From Candidatus Poribacteria bacterium (GTDB lineage: Bacteria; Poribacteria; WGA-4E; WGA-3G): DNA of 64,000 nucleotides. The notes beneath the pieces are model-generated. The model saw nothing but the letters and a program-made list of their open reading frames with translations. It searched no databases and was not told the origin of the DNA. The stretch covers positions 352,001 through 416,000 of the forward strand of contig CBDBFU010000012.1 in assembly GCA_965205025.1 (NCBI GenBank), given 5' to 3'. The position numbers and the translations under genes are program-made. Shown one piece after another: positions 42,488 through 52,836 of the stretch (within the stretch, counting starts at the first letter, position 1; every line of letters begins with the position of its first letter).

Positions 42488-43660
42488 ATGTCAAGTCAAA
42501 CAGAAAAAATACATCGTGTCGGTATCATCATGAATGGTGTTACAGGTCGAATGGGAACGAATCAACACCTAATTAGATCTTTATTAGCAATTTCAGAGGA
42601 TGGCGGAATCCCAATTGGTGAGCATGAAGTTATCATTCCTGATCCATTCTTGGTGGGGAGAAACCCGCTAAAATTGGAAAAACTGTCTGAATCTACTGGC
42701 ATTGAGAAGTGGACAACAGACCTTGATCAAGCTCTAGCAGATGACAACTATTCAGTTTATTTTGACGCTCAACTAACATCACTACGAGTAGATGCTGTTA
42801 ATAAAGCTATATCCGCAGGTAAACATATATATTGTGAAAAACCGACTGCAACATCAGCAGCAGATGCATATAATCTTTACGAAAAGGCAGCAAAAGCAGG
42901 CTTAAAAAATGGTGTTGTCCAAGATAAACTCTGGCTACCCGGTATACAAAAACTCAAAAGACTAATTGACGCTGACTTCTTTGGTAAAATTATTGCTGTA
43001 CGCGGGGAATTTGGATATTGGGTTTTTCAAGGGGATGCTATCCCAACACAACGTCCCTCATGGAACTACCGTTCTGAGGATGGTGGTGGAATAATTCTTG
43101 ATATGTTCAGCCATTGGCGATATGTGTTAGACAATCTTTTTGGTAAAGTAAAAGGTGTTTCTTGTATAGCGTCAACACATCTTCCTACCCGTTGGGATGA
43201 GAATAATCAACAATATACGTGTACTGCAGAGGATGCTGCCTATGCAACATTCGAATTAGATGGTGGAGTTATAGCTCATTTTAATTCTTCATGGGCAGTA
43301 AGAGTTCGCAGAGATGACTTGTTGACTATACAGGTTGATGGATTAAATGGTTCAGCAACAGTTGGATTGAGAGATTGTTGGATACAACCTTTATCTGGAA
43401 CACCTCGACCGGTTTGGAATCCAGATATTGAACAACCGATAAAGTTCTATGATGGCTGGTTAAAGATTCCTGAACAAGAGACCTACGAAAATGCATTCAG
43501 AGCACAATGGGAGTTGTTCCTCCGACATGTCGTTACCGATGAACCATTCCCATGGAATCTTTTAGAAGGTGCGAAAGGTGTCCAGTTAGCAGAAAAAGGG
43601 ATGGAATCTTGGAAATCTCGGAAATGGGTGGATATACCCGAACTCAAGGTAATTTCATAA
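42488..43660 (+). CDS. Gfo/Idh/MocA family oxidoreductase
   Basis: 'NGVTGRMG', 'GKHIYCEKP' and 'GGGIILDMFSHW'. Confidence 0.9.
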   Translation: MSSQTEKIHRVGIIMNGVTGRMGTNQHLIRSLLAISEDGGIPIGEHEVIIPDPFLVGRNPLKLEKLSESTGIEKWTTDLDQALADDNYSVYFDAQLTSLRVDAVNKAISAGKHIYCEKPTATSAADAYNLYEKAAKAGLKNGVVQDKLWLPGIQKLKRLIDADFFGKIIAVRGEFGYWVFQGDAIPTQRPSWNYRSEDGGGIILDMFSHWRYVLDNLFGKVKGVSCIASTHLPTRWDENNQQYTCTAEDAAYATFELDGGVIAHFNSSWAVRVRRDDLLTIQVDGLNGSATVGLRDCWIQPLSGTPRPVWNPDIEQPIKFYDGWLKIPEQETYENAFRAQWELFLRHVVTDEPFPWNLLEGAKGVQLAEKGMESWKSRKWVDIPELKVIS

Positions 43661-43683
43661 CCAACTAATCGGAAAGGAATATC

Positions 43684-45138
43684 ATGGCACAAAACATAAC
43701 ACTCCAAAAAATTGATAAATACCGATGGCGTATTCCAAAGAATTCTATGAAAGGAATGCGTGTAGATGGAATTATTTATGCGAATGAAAAACTCCTTAAT
43801 CAAGCCAAGAGTGATGAGGCTATTCAGCAGGTTGCAAATGTCGCACATCTCCCCGGTATCGTAAAACATTCTCTCGCAATGCCAGACTTACATTGGGGCT
43901 ATGGATTTGTCATCGGAGGTGTAGCAGCAACTGATCCAAAAGCCGATGGTGTTGTTTCACCAGGTGGTATTGGTTATGATATCAATTGTGGCGTTCGACT
44001 TATCAGAACAAATCTTGATATTACACAACTTGAAGGGAAGACAAAATCTCTTGTCGCTAAGCTATTCGAAAATGTCCCATGTGGAGTTGGATCAAAAGGT
44101 AAAATACAACTTACTGTTCAGGAAGAGAAGCAGATGTTGGAGAAAGGCGCACAATGGTCAATTGATCGTGAATATGGACATCCACATGACCTACAATACA
44201 CTGAGGCATCAGGTTATCTCCATGATGCAAACGCTGCAGCAGCAAGCAAACGTGCATTAGAACGTGGAAAAAACCAATTAGGAACTCTCGGATCAGGAAA
44301 CCATTTTCTTGAGGTACAAGTTGTTGACAAGATCTTCTATCAAGATGCTGCTGATGCGATGGGTCTGAATGTAGGAAACATTTGTGTGATGATTCATACC
44401 GGTTCACGCGGATTCGGTTATCAGATTTGTGATGAACATGTAAAAAGTTGGATCAATGTTTCTGAAAGGTATGGAATCAACCTTCCAGATAAACAACTCG
44501 CTTCTGCACCCTTAAATTCACCTGAAGGACGGGATTATGTCACTGCAATGGCATGTAGTGCAAATTACGCTTGGAACAACAGACAGTGTATTATGCATCT
44601 TGTACGGCAGACGTTCACAAAATTTTTCGATACATCTGAAGATGAACTCGGATTAGAACTTGTATACGATGTCGCACATAATATTGGAAAGTTTGAAAAA
44701 CATAAAGTTGATGGAAAGGAACGTGAACTCTTTATTCATCGTAAAGGAGCAACTCGTGCTTTTCCCGCAGGACATCCAGAGATACCACATAAGTATCAGA
44801 AAGTTGGACAACCCGTCTTAATTCCTGGTGATATGGGAACAGCATCTTATGTTCTGGTTGGAAATCCTGGTGCTATGGAAGAGACATGGGGCACAACCTG
44901 TCATGGTGCTGGAAGAGTTCTATCCCGTAGAAAAGCAGTAGAACTTACAAAAGGTCGTTCCATCAAAGATGACCTTGAGAAACAGGGTATATATGTTCGC
45001 GCTGAAGGAAAACGCACACTACAAGAAGAGGTATCAGAAGCTTATAAAGATGTTGATGAAGTTGTCCGCGTAGTTGACGAAGCAGGACTTTCTCGCCGCG
45101 TTGCACGTCTCCGTCCTATCGGTGTTGTCAAAGGATAG
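43684..45138 (+). CDS. rtcB: RNA-splicing/repair ligase RtcB
   Basis: 'MPDLHWGYGF', 'GYDINCG', 'GSGNHFLE', 'HTGSRG', 'HRKGATRAF' and 'CHGAGR'. Confidence 0.95.
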   Translation: MAQNITLQKIDKYRWRIPKNSMKGMRVDGIIYANEKLLNQAKSDEAIQQVANVAHLPGIVKHSLAMPDLHWGYGFVIGGVAATDPKADGVVSPGGIGYDINCGVRLIRTNLDITQLEGKTKSLVAKLFENVPCGVGSKGKIQLTVQEEKQMLEKGAQWSIDREYGHPHDLQYTEASGYLHDANAAAASKRALERGKNQLGTLGSGNHFLEVQVVDKIFYQDAADAMGLNVGNICVMIHTGSRGFGYQICDEHVKSWINVSERYGINLPDKQLASAPLNSPEGRDYVTAMACSANYAWNNRQCIMHLVRQTFTKFFDTSEDELGLELVYDVAHNIGKFEKHKVDGKERELFIHRKGATRAFPAGHPEIPHKYQKVGQPVLIPGDMGTASYVLVGNPGAMEETWGTTCHGAGRVLSRRKAVELTKGRSIKDDLEKQGIYVRAEGKRTLQEEVSEAYKDVDEVVRVVDEAGLSRRVARLRPIGVVKG

Positions 45139-45248
45139 TCCAACTTAATACATTTTAGTAATATATAAGCATTGAAACTCATAAATGCAAGCCTATTTAG
45201 AAGTGGTATAATCTAAGCTTAGCTAAGAATTCTATTGGAGAAACGCCT

Positions 45249-48200
45249 ATGGAAACAAACGATAATCAATCTATAGATTTCTCACCCGGTCAAATTGTAT
45301 GTCTAAAATCTAATTCCTCAACTCGCGGTGCCGTTGTCGCAGTTGTACCGAGTACTCCGGAAAACAAAGTAAATGTTTTTGTTGATGGAGAAATTAAGAC
45401 CTATTTCGCCTCTCAGTTACAACTTGATATTCAAAGTGAAGACGATACCACTCGTTTTTCCTGCGACGAATTTCATGCCTATCTCACCGCGCTGCAAATC
45501 CAATCTCCAGCATTATCAACGTTGTATTCACTTAATGCTGCACGAATAGACTTCATTCCATACCAATACCGACCAGTTTTGAAGTTTATCAAATCTGATC
45601 GACCAAGGCTACTGATCGCAGATAGTGTCGGTGTAGGAAAAACAATTGAGGCAGGATTGATTCTACGCGAATTGCAAGCCCGAGGGGACATTAAATCTGT
45701 CTTGATTATATGTCCGCGCCCACTTGTTGCTGAAGAAAAGTGGTATCGTGAAATGAAACGGTTTGACGAAGATTTTACGCACCTGGATGGGAAGACTTTA
45801 CGATATTGTATCAATGAAACGCATTTAGATGGTGAATGGCCTGAGCAATATCAGAAGGTGATTCTTCCCTATTCGTTGTTAGATAATACACGGCTATTCG
45901 GACCAAGTGGCAGTAAAAAACGGAGGACAGGAAAAGGACTTATAGACCTTGATCCACCGCCACACTTCGATCTGGTCATAGTAGATGAGGCACACCATAT
46001 CCGAAATCAAAGCACTGCAAACCACGAAGCAGTCCGGTTTTTCTGCGAAAATGCTGATGCAGCTGTTTTTCTAACCGCTACACCTATCCAACTTGGCAAC
46101 CATGACCTGTTCGTACTGTTAAATGTTCTTCGTCCTGATCTGGTTTTGGACTATGAAAGTTTTGAGCACATGTCGGAACCCAACCCATTCATCAATCAGG
46201 CAGTAGATACTGCTCGTGCACGACAAATAGATTGGATACAGCATGCAAAGGAAAATCTTGATCAGGCAGCTGCAACTGCATGGGGAAGATCGATTTTCAA
46301 AAACAATCCCGAATTCAAACGGATTAGAAGGCAGTTTGACAACCAACAGATCACCGATGAAGAACGTGTGCAACTTATCACCGATATGGAAGGACTCCAC
46401 ACATTTTCTCGGATAATCAATAGAACTCGTCGTCGCGATATCGGTGAGTTTACCATTCGCAGACCACAAACCGTGGAAATCGAATTGACACAGGAACAGA
46501 GAGAACTCCATGAAGAACTTCTCGAAATTAAGGCGGAGATATTCCGACTCTTTCACGGTGATCAGAATGTTAACTTTATGATGACTACTCTCCGTCGACA
46601 ATTAGCAAGTTGTCTATATGGGTTAGAACCATTACTTGGGGATATATTGGCCCGACAATTTGATGAACTTGAGTGGACCGAGGCTGACGCTATTGATGCC
46701 ATTCCGGCAACAGAGACTATCACACAGATTCAAGAACAAATCCAAGCACTTCTTGAAAATGTAAAAAAACTTGATTCTGATGATTTGAAATTGGTTGCAC
46801 TCCGAAAAATTGTAACTGATAGACAAAGCCTACCCAATAACAAAATCATGATTTTTAGTAGTTTCCGACACACCCTCGCGTATCTTTACAAACACCTAAA
46901 AGCTGATGGGGTTCGCGTCGGTATGATTCACGGTGGTGTACCAGATGAAGAACGTTTAGAACTACGTAATCGATTTGAGAAATTTGGCGAGGAGATTGAC
47001 ACACTCGATCTTATGTTGTTCTCAGAAGTCGGGTGTGAAGGATTGGATTATCAATTCTGTGATTGTATCGTCAACTACGACCTACCATGGAATCCAATGA
47101 AAATTGAACAACGCATCGGCCGTATTGATAGGAAAGGGCAGGAGAGCGAGAGTGTGACCATTTACAACCTAATAACTCCTGGTACCGTGGATGCTGACAT
47201 CTACGAACGGTGCTTACTACGCATCGGAGTCTTTGAAAGTGCATTGGGTGGTAGTGAAGAGATACTCGGAAAAATTACAAAGGAACTGCAAAATATTGCA
47301 GAAGATTACGAGTTGACTGAGGAAGAAAGAAAGAACAAATTGGATCAGTTAGCAGATAATCAAATACGATTGATACAAGAGCAAGAAGCCATAGAAGCAC
47401 AACAATTAGAACTGTTTAGCTTACCACTCCCTGATCAAACGAAAGAGAAAGAGCAAAGGATTGAGAAAGAGGTGGAAGAAGCGTCAAGTTTTTGGTTATC
47501 TCCTGCATCTATACAGCGACTCGTTAGACGATATCTTCAGCAGAAACTTGGGTCAACCCATGAGTTTATCCTCGGTGAAAAATCTAACAAGACGCTCCGA
47601 CTCTCACAAGATGCCCGGGACACTTTACTGCGTGATTACCAACAATTGCCAAAAGAAAAGAATAAGGTCTATCGCGAGTGGGAAAACTGGTTGAAGGGAA
47701 AAGGAACTGACCAGCACTTAACGATAACGTTTGATGCAGAAACTGCTACACAAAATCCTAAAGCAGTGTTTATCATGCCAGTCCACCCACTCGTAAAACA
47801 GGCATCAGCGGCGTTGGACAAAGCAAGAGAAATTGTTGTAACACTAAAGGTCAGTAATAATCAAGTTCCTGCAGGTCATTATCAATTTGCTATCTACAAA
47901 TGGGAGTATCTCGGGAAAAAAGAAGATTGGGTTCTTATGCCTATAACGTCATCAGAAGTGTTAACACCGTATCTGCCTCATTTACTTGAAAAGGCTGAGG
48001 ATAACGATATAGGCGAAAATGTGAGTTTAACCGATCAGAAAGCATTGGAAGAAAGGCACCACACCATGTGGACAGAAGCACGCGAGAAGCATAGAGAACA
48101 CAGCCAGGAAATTGTTGAATATCAAAAGGAGAATCTATCAACGAGTCATCAGAAACGGATAACAATGCTTCAAAAGCAAATTGAGCAAGTACACGATGAA

Positions 48201-48350
48201 CGTTATCAACGGATGCGCAGCCAGCAAATTGCCAATGCTGAGGCAGATTACAATAGACGTATTCAGGAATTAGAGGAAGGAATGGAAACGGCAGACATTA
48301 CGACTGAACTGGTGGCTTATGGTATTTTGGAAGTGGAGAATAACACATAA
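45249..48350 (+). CDS. SNF2/RapA-like helicase
   Basis: 'LIADSVGVGKTIEAG', 'DEAHH', 'LTATP', 'GCEGLDYQFC' and 'NYDLPWNPMKIEQRIGRIDR'; C-terminal coiled coil. Confidence 0.92.
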   Translation: METNDNQSIDFSPGQIVCLKSNSSTRGAVVAVVPSTPENKVNVFVDGEIKTYFASQLQLDIQSEDDTTRFSCDEFHAYLTALQIQSPALSTLYSLNAARIDFIPYQYRPVLKFIKSDRPRLLIADSVGVGKTIEAGLILRELQARGDIKSVLIICPRPLVAEEKWYREMKRFDEDFTHLDGKTLRYCINETHLDGEWPEQYQKVILPYSLLDNTRLFGPSGSKKRRTGKGLIDLDPPPHFDLVIVDEAHHIRNQSTANHEAVRFFCENADAAVFLTATPIQLGNHDLFVLLNVLRPDLVLDYESFEHMSEPNPFINQAVDTARARQIDWIQHAKENLDQAAATAWGRSIFKNNPEFKRIRRQFDNQQITDEERVQLITDMEGLHTFSRIINRTRRRDIGEFTIRRPQTVEIELTQEQRELHEELLEIKAEIFRLFHGDQNVNFMMTTLRRQLASCLYGLEPLLGDILARQFDELEWTEADAIDAIPATETITQIQEQIQALLENVKKLDSDDLKLVALRKIVTDRQSLPNNKIMIFSSFRHTLAYLYKHLKADGVRVGMIHGGVPDEERLELRNRFEKFGEEIDTLDLMLFSEVGCEGLDYQFCDCIVNYDLPWNPMKIEQRIGRIDRKGQESESVTIYNLITPGTVDADIYERCLLRIGVFESALGGSEEILGKITKELQNIAEDYELTEEERKNKLDQLADNQIRLIQEQEAIEAQQLELFSLPLPDQTKEKEQRIEKEVEEASSFWLSPASIQRLVRRYLQQKLGSTHEFILGEKSNKTLRLSQDARDTLLRDYQQLPKEKNKVYREWENWLKGKGTDQHLTITFDAETATQNPKAVFIMPVHPLVKQASAALDKAREIVVTLKVSNNQVPAGHYQFAIYKWEYLGKKEDWVLMPITSSEVLTPYLPHLLEKAEDNDIGENVSLTDQKALEERHHTMWTEAREKHREHSQEIVEYQKENLSTSHQKRITMLQKQIEQVHDERYQRMRSQQIANAEADYNRRIQELEEGMETADITTELVAYGILEVENNT

Positions 48351-48362
48351 TTTTACTCATAA

Positions 48363-51300
48363 ATGATGAAGGGAATTGACACCATGCCAAGCAATTACAA
48401 AACCATAACAGAACATAACGAGGATCAACTGGGTAAAGATACATCATCACGAAAAACACAAGTATCAATGTACTCAGATTCCACACATTTTGTGTACGAA
48501 ATTTTACAGAATGCGGATGATCATGATGCGACAGAGGTGTTTTTTAAACTCTCGGAAGATAAAGTTGTAATTGAACATAATGGTGAACCTTTTAAGGAAA
48601 AGCATGTTAAGGCAATCACGTATTTCGGTAAGGGTACAAGCCGCGAAGATCTCGTCAAAACAGGTCGCTTCGGTATCGGTTTCAAGTCTGTTTTTGCATT
48701 CACAGCAACGCCTATTATTATTTCTTGGCCTGAACACTTCCAAATATATGGTCTGTACCGCGTACGAGAGTATCCTTATCCAGATGGTTTTACAGATTCC
48801 CGTACACGCATAATTCTACCGTTTAACCATGAATCTGAACACCCGGACTTTGTTGAAAAACTGATGACACAGGAGGAGGCATACCAACAAATATCGGAGT
48901 GTTTAACCAATTTGAATATGAACACATTGCTGTTTACGAGAAACATTCGGGAAATTACTTGGGAAATTGGTAATCAATCCGCATGCTATCGACGTGAAGA
49001 TGAGATAGAAAATAATTCTCGTTTAACAACTATCACAGACGGTGATCGTGAAAATAGGTATCTTGTGTTCTCAAAAGTTCCTACGTGGGAAAATGAAGAA
49101 CATAAAGCAGTTGAAATCGCCTTTGCTATAGATGAACGGGATCAGATCACATCAATAGACGACGATAACCTATATGTCCTCTTTCCAACAACAGAAAAAA
49201 CTGGATTGCGATTTTTGCTTAATGGACCTTACCGTACAAACCCAGCAAGAGAAACAGTATCAAAAACTGATGATTTTAATGTCCATCTTATGGAGGTAAC
49301 GTGTGAATTGATGCAGGAATTGCTTCCGAAGCTTAAGAAAAGAAAATTACTAAATCTGCAATTCCTATCAGTTCTTCCCAATAAAGAGGATGAGTTAACA
49401 CATGTATCTAATCGTTTGCAGCTTGCCCTAAACTTAGAGGAAAAACCGAGAGGTTTTTATAGTCCACTCCATAATGTTATAGTCAATGAATTTAGGAATC
49501 AAAAACTTACTCCGACAAAACGCAAAGACTTTTATGCCCCTGCCAAGGATCTCTACCGCGGAACCAGAGAAATGTCTGAGGTAATCGAAGATAATGATCT
49601 AGCCCTACTCTTAGGTAAAGATCACCATTTACCACTATGGGTAAAAAATCTTCCACCTCGGGAACGAGACGATAAGGGGAGATTTATTGAGGATGAAAAT
49701 GCTACTAAACGGAATAAACGTATCAATGATTTTCTTGACACCCTTGATATTCCAGAATGGGATGTTGAAGATCTTATCAAGGTACTGGAATCAGAAGATG
49801 AACCTATAATAGAATGGTTAAAACGAAAAACAAATGAATGGTATCAAGACTTCTATGCTTTTTTAGATGATTCTCCTTCCTACTATGTATATGAGTTATC
49901 GAAACTTCGTATCGTTCGTTGTATTGATGGTGAGTATAGAACAGGAGATGAATGTCACTTCCCCAGTGATGATATTGAACCCGATCAAGATTTATCGAAC
50001 ATCTCTACAACTGTTGATGAAGAAAGATTACCAGAATCTCAAGAAGAAGAACACGAAGACGAAGAAGGTTTCCATTATGTTGCTAACGCAGTCTATATGT
50101 CTGGAAACAGGAAAGATATACAGGAAAAAGTTCGTAAATTTTTGGAAACTATCGGAGTGGAGGACGTTACCGAGACAGAACGGATTAAGTTGATTTTAAA
50201 ACAACGTTATGTGTACAGCACAATTAAACTTCGTCAACCATACTACAAGCAAGATCTAGAGAGGTTTATAAAACTTGTAGAAGATGAACCTGATAAGGCA
50301 CTTTTGTTTGAAAACTACCATATTTTTGAAGGTGATAAATGGTGGAGTCAACCGAACAGATTCTTTCTTGATTTGCCTTATTGCAATACCGGATTAACAG
50401 TGTACCATGAGAACCTTGATGAAGACTCAAAGTATCAGAAATTGGCTCTTTCACAAAAGTATAAAAAATACGGAATAGACTTGGAAAGATTAACAAAATT
50501 CGCTGAAGCCGTAGGAGCCCAGACGAAACTTGAAGCTATCAAACAACCTATTTCGCGAAATGATCCAAACCTGTCATACCTTATAGAGCAAGCGGAAGGT
50601 CAATGGAGATATAACACCGGAAATAGTGAAGATTATTTTATTCCTGAACTAAAAATTTTATATGCTAAACCATCAATAGAAAAATCAAAATTAATTTGGC
50701 GAACAATGTTTTCTTTACCTGAGAAATATCTAAAGGCATGGTATTGGAATAATAATATTGATAAACAAAGAGACCGTCCTCCGGGAAAATCAAGTCTTGT
50801 ACACAAGTTAATGAAGGAAAAATGGGTGCCGCAGAAAGATGGTTCTTTCGTCTGTCCAAGTAGGGCATCAATTGATCAACTGCTGAAAGGTTTTCTATAC
50901 GAACCAGGACAAGAATGGCTTGAAGCAATTGAATTTGGTAAGGAAACCAGAGAACAGAAAGAGGAACATGACCAGCGAAATCAACAGGCCAAAAATTGGG
51001 GTTTTGATTCTAGCGAGGAAGTTGAGAAATTTGCGGAATTGCGCCAATTGTTAAATGATGGAGAAATTACTGTAGATGATCTAATTTTCCAGTACCGGCC
51101 CCAAAATAGAGAATATAGTCCTGATTTTCCCACATCGCCAGTGAGAAACCCGATACGTCGAAGCAAAGGAGTATTAGAACAAATCAGAAACGCGCCTGAA
51201 AAAGAGCATGTAGAAAAAATACGAAATGTGCGCGAAACAAAAGAAGATATTGATCAAAAGACTACCCTGGAGAAATGGTATTCCAACGAGACTAATGAAA

Positions 51301-51686
51301 TGATTTGTCAAATATGTAAAAAGGAAATGCCGTTTAAAAGAACTGATGGTAAGTATTATTTCGTGGCGATGGAAGCTCTTACGATAAAATTTAAGAGTGA
51401 TGAACTACCAGAATATCATTTTCCCAAAGAATTCGTAGCACAATATCTCGCCCTCTGTCCAGAGTGCGCGGCAAGGTTCGATTATTTTGTTAGGACAATC
51501 AAAGACGGTGAAACAGTCATGAAGGAATTAAGAAATCACTTGATAAATTCAGAAGATATGGAGTTTCCTTTGACACTTGGAGAGTTAAAAACGAGTATAA
51601 GATTTGTAGAGACCCATTTCCATGATTTGAAAAGGATATTACACTATTACGAAAATCCAGATGAAGCCGAAGATTCAACTGATTAG
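48363..51686 (+). CDS. Sacsin/NOV-like GHKL ATPase protein with C-terminal HNH-like Zn-binding domain
   Basis: 'YEILQNADD', 'HNGEPF', 'GRFGIGFKSVF' and 'FLLNGPYRTNPARE'; C-terminal 'CQICKKEMPF...LALCPEC'. Confidence 0.8.
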   Translation: MMKGIDTMPSNYKTITEHNEDQLGKDTSSRKTQVSMYSDSTHFVYEILQNADDHDATEVFFKLSEDKVVIEHNGEPFKEKHVKAITYFGKGTSREDLVKTGRFGIGFKSVFAFTATPIIISWPEHFQIYGLYRVREYPYPDGFTDSRTRIILPFNHESEHPDFVEKLMTQEEAYQQISECLTNLNMNTLLFTRNIREITWEIGNQSACYRREDEIENNSRLTTITDGDRENRYLVFSKVPTWENEEHKAVEIAFAIDERDQITSIDDDNLYVLFPTTEKTGLRFLLNGPYRTNPARETVSKTDDFNVHLMEVTCELMQELLPKLKKRKLLNLQFLSVLPNKEDELTHVSNRLQLALNLEEKPRGFYSPLHNVIVNEFRNQKLTPTKRKDFYAPAKDLYRGTREMSEVIEDNDLALLLGKDHHLPLWVKNLPPRERDDKGRFIEDENATKRNKRINDFLDTLDIPEWDVEDLIKVLESEDEPIIEWLKRKTNEWYQDFYAFLDDSPSYYVYELSKLRIVRCIDGEYRTGDECHFPSDDIEPDQDLSNISTTVDEERLPESQEEEHEDEEGFHYVANAVYMSGNRKDIQEKVRKFLETIGVEDVTETERIKLILKQRYVYSTIKLRQPYYKQDLERFIKLVEDEPDKALLFENYHIFEGDKWWSQPNRFFLDLPYCNTGLTVYHENLDEDSKYQKLALSQKYKKYGIDLERLTKFAEAVGAQTKLEAIKQPISRNDPNLSYLIEQAEGQWRYNTGNSEDYFIPELKILYAKPSIEKSKLIWRTMFSLPEKYLKAWYWNNNIDKQRDRPPGKSSLVHKLMKEKWVPQKDGSFVCPSRASIDQLLKGFLYEPGQEWLEAIEFGKETREQKEEHDQRNQQAKNWGFDSSEEVEKFAELRQLLNDGEITVDDLIFQYRPQNREYSPDFPTSPVRNPIRRSKGVLEQIRNAPEKEHVEKIRNVRETKEDIDQKTTLEKWYSNETNEMICQICKKEMPFKRTDGKYYFVAMEALTIKFKSDELPEYHFPKEFVAQYLALCPECAARFDYFVRTIKDGETVMKELRNHLINSEDMEFPLTLGELKTSIRFVETHFHDLKRILHYYENPDEAEDSTD

Positions 51687-52031
51687 TCATTTATAACCAA
51701 CGTTCTTGTATGGACCACCATAATCAATGTCTATTTTTTCATCAGAAATGTCCAAAAAACAGGCGATTTTACCAAACATACAGCCAAAAACACACCTTTT
51801 CCGTTGGCATAATAATTGCTAACTACTACATAAGCCTCCTTAGGGTAGTCGGAACCATATTCTCAAAATGCGCCACATAAAGCCCTGAATGTATGCGTAG
51901 GTTAGTAATCCTCATAAGTCATAACCAACCCGAATGTGGTTTCCGACACTTATCCATTATCTAAAATTGAGTGAAAATCGTTTGAACGCATTTCTGGATT
52001 GTGTTAATATATGTGGTAGTTTTAACACATA

Positions 52032-52730
52032 ATGGAGAGTCTTGTGAAAAAACTTTTTGATATGACCCAGAATGAATTCTACGAATTGCTTCAGCGTCTC
52101 ATTCATGACGATTTCTTTTACGCACGTGAACGACTCATTAATTTGCTCAACGTAAAACCATTATCAGATAACAAAGCGGAATTGGAAACTGAGTTCCGAG
52201 AATTCTTTTGTGGTTATGAAAGCATCGCCTTTTGGATTGAAGAATATGAAGACGATCCGCTACAAGGTCTGGAACCGCACACTTCTCTTGCCAAAAAGTT
52301 GGAACGTCAACTTGAATATATACACGCCAATAGAAAAACAACCCTTGAAGAACGGATGGGCAGACGGATGGGAGTATACTTAGAAAGCGATCCGATGCCC
52401 GAGATAAAGATTTCCGAATTGCCATTCAAAGAGTATTGCAAACTTATCCGAACGCTTGTTACACAAGAAATCTTCAACGTGCGCGAAAGAATTGTGGTTT
52501 TATTCAAGCAGAACCCTTCACGCGAACAGTTAGATGAAGCCTTTCGAGAATTCTTTGTTGCTTATGAACTCTTTGAACTTGCATTGGAAGCTTACCACTA
52601 CGATCCAGATGAAGGATTAGAACTAAAACCCGATATTGATGCTGAGATCGACCAAAGTATTGCTGACTACGAGTCTGGCAAAATTAAAGCTATTCCAATT
52701 GAGGAAGTGGCGAAAAAGTTAGGGTTGTAG
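52032..52730 (+). CDS. Antitoxin-like protein with an internally duplicated domain
   Basis: Two copies of 'RER...FREFF..YE....E.Y..DP..GLE'; C-terminal 'DPDEGLEL...IPIEEVAKKLGL' resembles RelE/ParE-partner antitoxins. Confidence 0.6.
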   Translation: MESLVKKLFDMTQNEFYELLQRLIHDDFFYARERLINLLNVKPLSDNKAELETEFREFFCGYESIAFWIEEYEDDPLQGLEPHTSLAKKLERQLEYIHANRKTTLEERMGRRMGVYLESDPMPEIKISELPFKEYCKLIRTLVTQEIFNVRERIVVLFKQNPSREQLDEAFREFFVAYELFELALEAYHYDPDEGLELKPDIDAEIDQSIADYESGKIKAIPIEEVAKKLGL

Positions 52731-52737
52731 ACTGTAA

Positions 52738-52803
52738 ATGTACCGTTTAGAATTCACGTCAAAGGCTGAGGATGACTTGGCGCGTTATTGGACACCGCAG
52801 TAA
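52738..52803 (+). pseudogene. Truncated RelE/ParE-type toxin remnant
   Basis: ATG 7 nt after the antitoxin stop; reads MYRLEFTSKAEDDLAR, then LDTAV in a shifted frame, and stops after 21 codons. Confidence 0.55.
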
Positions 52804-52836
52804 CGTCTATTGATCTATGAAATTGTAAAAAACGCA

